From a virus: DNA of 64,000 bases. Shown one piece after another: positions 58,190 to 64,000 of the stretch; position 1 is the first letter of the stretch, and each line of letters opens with the position of its first letter. The translations under genes and the position numbers were made by a program. The notes beneath the pieces were generated by a model. That model did not search any database, had not been told where the DNA came from, and was given only the letters and a program-made list of their open reading frames with translations. The stretch is taken from IMG/VR virus record IMGVR_UViG_3300046170_000470; one strand, written 5' to 3'.

Positions 58190-58993
58190 ATGTTAGATTA
58201 CACAAGTTCAAATTTCAAAAGTTTAGAAGAGTTAAAAGAAATCGCTCCTAGTATTTTTACTACAAAGGGTGCAGAAAGTACTTCAGATAAGTACACACAC
58301 ATTCCTACTGATCGGGTTATTCAAGATATGGAGTTACTAGGTTGGAAAGTTGTTGATGCTAAAGAGGTTAAAGCCCGTGAAAATGTTGGTTTCCAAAAGC
58401 ATTTAGTTGTATTTAGAAATCCTGATGTTGTTATTAATGGTGAAGATGGTGATACTGTTTACCCACAAGTATTACTTACCAATTCTCATGATGGTAAAAA
58501 TTCATTTACCTTTACTGCAGGTTTATTTAGAATGATTTGTGAAAATGGATTAGTTGTTGCTGATACTAAGTTTGAAGATTTTAAAGTTAAACATATGGGT
58601 TATGATTTTGAAACACTTCAGGATACAATTAAAGAAATTATTGGTAATCTTGATTTAACTGTTGAATCAATGAATAAAATGAAAGAAACAGAGCTTAATG
58701 AAGAACAAATGTTTAATTTAGCTAAATCGTTTCTTGATATGAGAGTTGAAGGTACAAATAATACCTATGCTAAGGATGCAATTCAGGAAGTTTTAGATCC
58801 TCAACGTTCAGAAGATATGGGGAATGGATTATGGGAAGTATTTAATCGTGTTCAAGAGAACATTATGGAAGGTAATTTTGAATACCTTACAGTTAAAGGA
58901 AAACCACGTCAAGCTCGAATTATCAAAAATTTCAAGCAAGATCAGGATTTGAATAAGAAAATGTTTAGTAAAGCATTAGAGTTTGTAGCATAA
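58190..58993 (+). CDS. DUF932/DUF945-family protein
   Basis: APSIF, SDKY..IPT, LTNSHDG, AGLFRMICENGL, LWEVFNRVQEN. Confidence 0.88.
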   Translation: MLDYTSSNFKSLEELKEIAPSIFTTKGAESTSDKYTHIPTDRVIQDMELLGWKVVDAKEVKARENVGFQKHLVVFRNPDVVINGEDGDTVYPQVLLTNSHDGKNSFTFTAGLFRMICENGLVVADTKFEDFKVKHMGYDFETLQDTIKEIIGNLDLTVESMNKMKETELNEEQMFNLAKSFLDMRVEGTNNTYAKDAIQEVLDPQRSEDMGNGLWEVFNRVQENIMEGNFEYLTVKGKPRQARIIKNFKQDQDLNKKMFSKALEFVA

Positions 58994-59769
58994 TGGATAT
59001 AACTAAAAAGATAGTAATAATGGTTACGGGTTGTCATGCACAGCCCGATAACCATAAAGAATGTGAAAGGACTTGGGTACCTTTATTAAGGGAAATGGGG
59101 TTTAGGGTAATAACAGCAGTTGGAAATCCTAAATTAGATGAGGTTGGTATAATGACTCCTGAGGATTTTGAGAATTATTATACATTTATTGATGAGAATA
59201 CAATCCAGTTTAATACTTTCGATAGTAAAGATGGATTATTTGATAAAAGTATAAAGTTACCATCTAAATGGGTTCTTGAAGAAACTAAATATGAGTATTA
59301 CTTTAGAATAGATTCTGACTCATTTGTAAGAGGAGACAACTTTTTGAAAATGTTAGAAGAAAACTTTCAAATGTCTCCTGATTTAGATTATTTGGGTTGT
59401 TGTTTACCTTGGTGTGGGTGGAATCCACACCATCATAACCGTTTATATATTTGTAGACATAGACATTTTGGAGCAGGATGTGGTTATATGGTATCTCGAA
59501 GAGCAATGCGTATTGCACTTGATAAAATGAGAGTTTTACAACCCTCAGAATTTCAAGCAGATGATTGGGTGTTAGGTAGAGCAATGTGGGAGAATGGAAT
59601 ACCCTTAATACATGATTCAAGAATTTACTTTGAATCAAAACATAAAAAAATAATTGCAGATTATAACGGAATAGGTATTCCTGATATTTCTGATAAAGAT
59701 TCACATTTAGCAATTCAACATTATATGAATGGTCATATGGAAGATGCTATTAAAAAATTAGAATTATAA
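58993..59769 (+). CDS. GT31/Fringe-like glycosyltransferase (paralog of 6268..7005)
   Basis: IDSDSFV, GAGCGYMVSR, DDWVLG, LAIQHY. Confidence 0.7.
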   Translation: MDITKKIVIMVTGCHAQPDNHKECERTWVPLLREMGFRVITAVGNPKLDEVGIMTPEDFENYYTFIDENTIQFNTFDSKDGLFDKSIKLPSKWVLEETKYEYYFRIDSDSFVRGDNFLKMLEENFQMSPDLDYLGCCLPWCGWNPHHHNRLYICRHRHFGAGCGYMVSRRAMRIALDKMRVLQPSEFQADDWVLGRAMWENGIPLIHDSRIYFESKHKKIIADYNGIGIPDISDKDSHLAIQHYMNGHMEDAIKKLEL

Positions 59770-60416
59770 TGAGAAAGTTTATTTTAATTAGTTTAATAAG
59801 TTTCTTCTGGGCATGTAGTCCGGAGGAGATTGTTTCACCTTATCCTTGTTTAAGTGGTGATTGTGAATCATTATTTGAAATTGACCCTTTAGTATCACCT
59901 GGTGTATATCAGGATAATAATGGGTATTGGCATATAGAACATCAGGGTTATAATTATTTTACAATTAAAGGCAAGTTGGAAGAATTAGATCCTCATTACG
60001 TAATTAATGGTGTTCCTTTAATAGAAACCACCTTTGATTCCAATTATTGGGTTTGGATTTCCAATTTTCAATTTACTGTTCCACTATACAGCGTATTAAG
60101 TTATTTCACTAGTGGTGACTACCAAACACCAATCCCAGTTGGTGATTTAACGTATACTATTGAAGATATGGCACAAAACCACCCACCATTAAATATAGCT
60201 GGGTATCAGATTCAGAAAAATCAATGTTTAGATTGTCCATATTCTGAAACCTTATTAGGAACTTATAGTAAGTATACTTATGAACCCCAACAACAAATAT
60301 TTTTTGATAATGAGATGGTGGGTGATACTGCTATTGTAATGGTTCAAACAAAATTTAATAGTGATGTTGGGATTAGAGAAATTAAAGAAAAAGAATTTAA
60401 AATTATATTCGAATGA
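59769..60416 (+). CDS. Lipoprotein
   Basis: MRKFILISLISFFWAC lipobox. Confidence 0.65.
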   Translation: MRKFILISLISFFWACSPEEIVSPYPCLSGDCESLFEIDPLVSPGVYQDNNGYWHIEHQGYNYFTIKGKLEELDPHYVINGVPLIETTFDSNYWVWISNFQFTVPLYSVLSYFTSGDYQTPIPVGDLTYTIEDMAQNHPPLNIAGYQIQKNQCLDCPYSETLLGTYSKYTYEPQQQIFFDNEMVGDTAIVMVQTKFNSDVGIREIKEKEFKIIFE

Positions 60417-60889
60417 GTCTAGATAAAATTACAGTTAAAGAAGCTAAACAATTTATCCCATTAAAAGAAAACTATGGGAATACGGATTTAGAACATGCTA
60501 GATATTTTACCCTAACACCCAGCGAAAAAGGGGATGGATGGGAAAATGTAACGTATTATACCGATAAAAAATATGGGTTATATGCGGATAAAGGTGATGG
60601 GGATCAATGGGTATATGTTTTATCTAACCCAACACAACCAGGGTTATTAAAAATAGGTTATACTAAAAAATTACCTGAAGAACGAGCTAAACAAATATCA
60701 TCAGCAACAGGTGTTGCCCTACCCTATAAAGTAGAATGGGCATACCAATGTTTTAATGGTGAAATGGTAGAAAGAGAAGTACACCATAAATTAAAGGCAC
60801 AACGTGTTAATAGCAGTAAAGAATTTTTCCAAATTAGCTTGGAAGAGGCAAAAGAAACAATTAACTTAATAGGAAGTAAATTTAAATAA
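60413..60889 (+). CDS. T5orf172/GIY-YIG domain protein
   Basis: WVYVLSNP..GLLKIGYT..PEERA..ATGV..EFF. Confidence 0.85.
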   Translation: MSLDKITVKEAKQFIPLKENYGNTDLEHARYFTLTPSEKGDGWENVTYYTDKKYGLYADKGDGDQWVYVLSNPTQPGLLKIGYTKKLPEERAKQISSATGVALPYKVEWAYQCFNGEMVEREVHHKLKAQRVNSSKEFFQISLEEAKETINLIGSKFK

Positions 60890-60890
60890 T

Positions 60891-61082
60891 ATGACAGACC
60901 AAGAAAAATTAGATCTACAAAAAGCAGAATTAATCAATGATTTATTGGCAACATCAACTGTAATGGAAGAATTATGGAATTATCATCCAGAAAATCCAAA
61001 TAAAAAAGATGTTATTAAAGAATATCAAACCCTTTTAAAAATCCAAAGGGATATTGAAAAAGAACTTAAAGAATTAGGATAA
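60891..61082 (+). CDS. Hypothetical protein
   Basis: LWNYHPENP. Confidence 0.6.
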   Translation: MTDQEKLDLQKAELINDLLATSTVMEELWNYHPENPNKKDVIKEYQTLLKIQRDIEKELKELG

Positions 61083-61089
61083 TCAAAAT

Positions 61090-61174
61090 GCCTCGGTGGT
61101 GGAATTGGTAGACACGCCGGACTTAAAATCCTGTGACCTGAAAGGTCGTGCCGGTTCGATTCCGGCCCGAGGTA
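61090..61174 (+). tRNA. tRNA-Leu(UAA), no full encoded CCA
   Basis: GCCTCGG/CCGAGGT acceptor stem, GGAATTGGTAGAC D-arm, CT-TAA-AA loop, GGTTCGATTCC; one C-U mismatch in the anticodon stem. Confidence 0.93.
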
Positions 61175-61188
61175 CATATGTATAACTG

Positions 61189-61629
61189 ATGAGAAAAGAT
61201 GGAATAGATAAAGATAGTATATTTAACTTATTTGAGGATAACACCTCACAAGAGGAAGTTATAGCTACTAGAAAATCTTTAGATGATTTTATAAAATCTC
61301 CACTTGCTAAGATTGGGATGTTTACTAAATTAATTCTAAACCATTTTGTATTTCATCAAAAATTACAAAAGTTTTTAAAAAAAGAAGAACCTTCATATAA
61401 TTCTGAATCTACAAGGGAGGCAGCTGATTTTACTATATTTAATAGGTCTTGGCATTATATAAAAAATATAGACATTGAAAATCCAGAACACATTGATGCT
61501 ATTTTAAATTTCAACCCAAAGATATTTAATAAAGCTCTACAAAGTTCCATTATGTATTTTGAAGCATGTGAACAATACGAAAGATGTGCACATTTATTGA
61601 ACATCCAACAAATAGTTAAAAGGCTTTAA
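61189..61629 (+). CDS. Protein with C-terminal UVR-like motif
   Basis: YFEACEQYERCAHL. Confidence 0.6.
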   Translation: MRKDGIDKDSIFNLFEDNTSQEEVIATRKSLDDFIKSPLAKIGMFTKLILNHFVFHQKLQKFLKKEEPSYNSESTREAADFTIFNRSWHYIKNIDIENPEHIDAILNFNPKIFNKALQSSIMYFEACEQYERCAHLLNIQQIVKRL

Positions 61630-61762
61630 AAATAATTAGGATATACAAAACTATCCATGTACCTTGGTATTACAGATTTTGGGAAATAAGGAATAAAAAG
61701 GATTGGAAATAAAGGTAATAATAGGGGTTTAAGGGACATCCTGTTTTAAATATAAATAAGTC

Positions 61763-61960
61763 ATGAGAAATAGAAATTTAATCGATCGTAAATTAGATCA
61801 ACTAGAAACTACATTAATTACATTACAACAAATCGTTAATAGACAATCACCAATTGAATCCTATAGAGCCAATATTATTAAAGCTCAGGGGTTAGTTGGA
61901 GATTTAAAAGATATGGTTGAAGCAGAGCCCATGTCATCAAGTGAATTAAATAAAGTATAA
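61763..61960 (+). CDS. Hypothetical protein
   Basis: ORF. Confidence 0.6.
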   Translation: MRNRNLIDRKLDQLETTLITLQQIVNRQSPIESYRANIIKAQGLVGDLKDMVEAEPMSSSELNKV

Positions 61961-61969
61961 ATAAAGGTT

Positions 61970-62743
61970 ATGAATTTAACAGCAGAACAAATCCAAGCGA
62001 ATTGGGAAGAATTTAATTCTAATATTAGAACCCATATTGAGGGAGATCGTAAATATAAATTACTTGATTTTTATAAAAAATATGAAGAGCGTATTATCTT
62101 AATGCCTGCTGCTCATAAAAAAGAGTACCATAATGCATTCCCAGGTGGGTATGTAGAACACGTAAACAGAGTAGTTCGTTGTGCCTTAAAACAATATGAA
62201 CTATGGAAAGAAGAAGGGGCAGATATGTCTACCTTTACCTTGGAGGAACTAGTTTTCTCTGCTATTAATCATGACCTTGGTAAGATGGGGGATGAAGACA
62301 ATGAATCTTACATCCCCCAGACTGACCAATGGAGAAAGGATAAATTGGGAGAGGATTATATGTTTAATAAGAAGGTGCCTTTCGCCTCTGTTCCTGATCG
62401 TGGTTTATTTCTACTTCAGTCTCATGGGATTCAATATACATTTAATGAAATGTTAGCTATCCAGACACATGATGGTTTGTATGATGAAGCAAATAAAAAA
62501 TATCTATTTGCCTTTATGCCAGAACAAAAACCTCGTACCTGCCTCCCATTTATTTTACATCAGGCAGATTTAATGTCTGCTCGTATAGAATTTGAAAGGG
62601 AATGGTTACCTAAACTAAAAGGAGAAGATAGCGTGGAGCCCCAAAAGAAAAATTATACATTAAACAAGAAAACTAGTTCAAAATCAAAGGCACTTAATAC
62701 AATATCAAGTCCAGGATTAAAGAATATGTTAGACAGTTTATGA
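61970..62743 (+). CDS. HD-domain phosphohydrolase (YhaM-like)
   Basis: PAA...HNAFPGGYVEH, NHDLGK, HDG, LHQAD. Confidence 0.85.
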   Translation: MNLTAEQIQANWEEFNSNIRTHIEGDRKYKLLDFYKKYEERIILMPAAHKKEYHNAFPGGYVEHVNRVVRCALKQYELWKEEGADMSTFTLEELVFSAINHDLGKMGDEDNESYIPQTDQWRKDKLGEDYMFNKKVPFASVPDRGLFLLQSHGIQYTFNEMLAIQTHDGLYDEANKKYLFAFMPEQKPRTCLPFILHQADLMSARIEFEREWLPKLKGEDSVEPQKKNYTLNKKTSSKSKALNTISSPGLKNMLDSL

Positions 62744-63018
62744 TATTAGAAATTATAATAGGAGTATTAGGGTTGTTAGTCGTTATCTTAGGGTATACGA
62801 CTTTTAACCTTTTAAGAAAAAATGAGAAAGCAGAGGACATCATTATTTCACAAAACATTTTTATTGAAAATATATTATCCCAAATAAATAAATCTCAAAA
62901 ACGTTTAGAAGAAATAGACGAAAAAGGAACGTTTCAGGGGGATGATGAGATAGGTTGGTTTTTTAATGAAATAAAGCAATTACAAAATGATCTTTCGAGA
63001 TTTAAAACTAACCAATAA
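62740..63018 (+). CDS. Membrane-anchored protein
   Basis: N-terminal TM; DDEIGWFF. Confidence 0.65.
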   Translation: MILEIIIGVLGLLVVILGYTTFNLLRKNEKAEDIIISQNIFIENILSQINKSQKRLEEIDEKGTFQGDDEIGWFFNEIKQLQNDLSRFKTNQ

Positions 63019-63020
63019 TA

Positions 63021-63725
63021 ATGGCCAAAAAACGAAGAAAAAAGAGTAAAAACTACTTTACTCAAGAAACAGAGGATTTTATTGTTTTATACAATAATGA
63101 ACCTGATTCTGAAGTTAGAAGTAAGATATATGAAACTCACATTCACTATCCCTTCTTTAAACTTACCCAAAATATAATTCACACTTTTAAATTTTATCAT
63201 ACAGAAGTAGAAAATTTAGAACATCTTCAACATGAAATAATTACATTTTTATTATCTAAGATACATTTATTTGACCCAACTAGAGGGGCAAAGGCATATT
63301 CTTACTTTGGTACTATTGTTAAAAGATGGTTAATATTATATAATACCAAAAACTATACTAAAAAAATTAAAAAAGTAGATGTTGATGTTTTAACAGGAGA
63401 AAATTCAACTCATACTTATAGCATTGGAGATGATAAAGTAAAAAGTGATTTAGATAAATATGTTGATATATTTGTACACCATGTTTCAGAAAATATTTAT
63501 GATTTATTTCCCAAGAAAAATGATGCACAGATAGCAGATGCAATTTTAGAATTATTTCGTAAAAGAGAAGACTTAGAGGTTTTTAATAAAAAGGCACTTT
63601 ATATCTATATTAGAGAAATGGTAGATGTAAAAACCCCCAAAATAACTAAAATAGCTGATAAACTTCATGATATATTTAAATCACAATATATATTTTATTT
63701 AGAAAACGGTTACGCTAGATTCTAA
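63021..63725 (+). CDS. Phage sigma factor (T4 gp55-like, probable late sigma)
   Basis: NYFT...FDPTRGAKAYSYFGTIVKR region-2-like motif. Confidence 0.65.
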   Translation: MAKKRRKKSKNYFTQETEDFIVLYNNEPDSEVRSKIYETHIHYPFFKLTQNIIHTFKFYHTEVENLEHLQHEIITFLLSKIHLFDPTRGAKAYSYFGTIVKRWLILYNTKNYTKKIKKVDVDVLTGENSTHTYSIGDDKVKSDLDKYVDIFVHHVSENIYDLFPKKNDAQIADAILELFRKREDLEVFNKKALYIYIREMVDVKTPKITKIADKLHDIFKSQYIFYLENGYARF

Positions 63726-63760
63726 ACCTTCTTTATATCAATATTTATAACCAAAATATT

Positions 63761-64000
63761 ATGGGAGCATTAGACAATGTGGTATTCGGAAAGAAAAAAT
63801 TCTCGGATATTCTTAATGAAATTTACGATAACCAGAAAAGAAAAGAAAAACAAATTACTGGTTTAATCTCTGAACTTAAACCACTTATTAATGATATAGG
63901 TGATGCTACTTTGATCGTTCCACTTATTAAAGAATATATGGAAATTGGCGTTCGTAACGATGAACAATTAATTAAAATGGCAACTATAATACAGCGTGCG
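63761..64000 (+). CDS. Hypothetical protein, 3'-truncated by the window
   Basis: ATG after ATATTTATAA (63741); frame open to the window end. Confidence 0.65.
   Translation, partial: MGALDNVVFGKKKFSDILNEIYDNQKRKEKQITGLISELKPLINDIGDATLIVPLIKEYMEIGVRNDEQLIKMATIIQRA

Noticed and set aside
1-64000. Stop-codon reassignment
   Set aside because: TAA, TAG and TGA all end recognisable genes at expected positions; the broken genes are frameshifts, not in-frame stops; no suppressor tRNA
1-64000. Bacterial chromosome or O-antigen island
   Set aside because: T4-like replisome, holin, gp55-like sigma and dense unidirectional small ORFs indicate a phage; no Wzx/Wzy or ABC exporter

Overview
A 64 kb AT-rich segment of a large lytic dsDNA phage, standard genetic code, almost entirely + strand. 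The host is most likely Bacteroidota/Flavobacteriia, inferred from Bacteroidota-type -33/-7 promoters, no normally spaced Shine-Dalgarno sequences, and Hc1 and DUF2452 genes. From left to right the window holds: (1) putative outer-membrane and lysis genes; (2) a 7-deazaguanine locus (TGT/DpdA-like, QueC, QueD, QueE, FolE) running into a phosphoribosyltransferase, a MazG-like pyrophosphatase, an HNH endonuclease and a family-B DNA polymerase split into two genes; (3) T4-like clamp and clamp loader, Hsp20, GroES/GroEL and a Cas4-like nuclease; (4) a ~13 kb NDP-sugar/glycosyltransferase cluster; (5) many small early genes; (6) a mostly non-coding 54.5-55.8 kb region with repeats, DnaA-box matches and a GC-rich structured RNA candidate; (7) tRNA-Ser, tRNA-Leu and a gp55-like sigma factor. 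The most notable unexplained signals are: a QueC with all four Zn-ligand Cys replaced by Ser, in a layout suggesting pre-replicative guanine substitution; long-range 5'UTR-3'UTR pairing around hsp20; and repeated promoter/stem-loop cassettes with a conserved loop. Six genes carry a single extra base, probably from sequencing error. All protein calls come from motif recognition by eye; no database searches were run.
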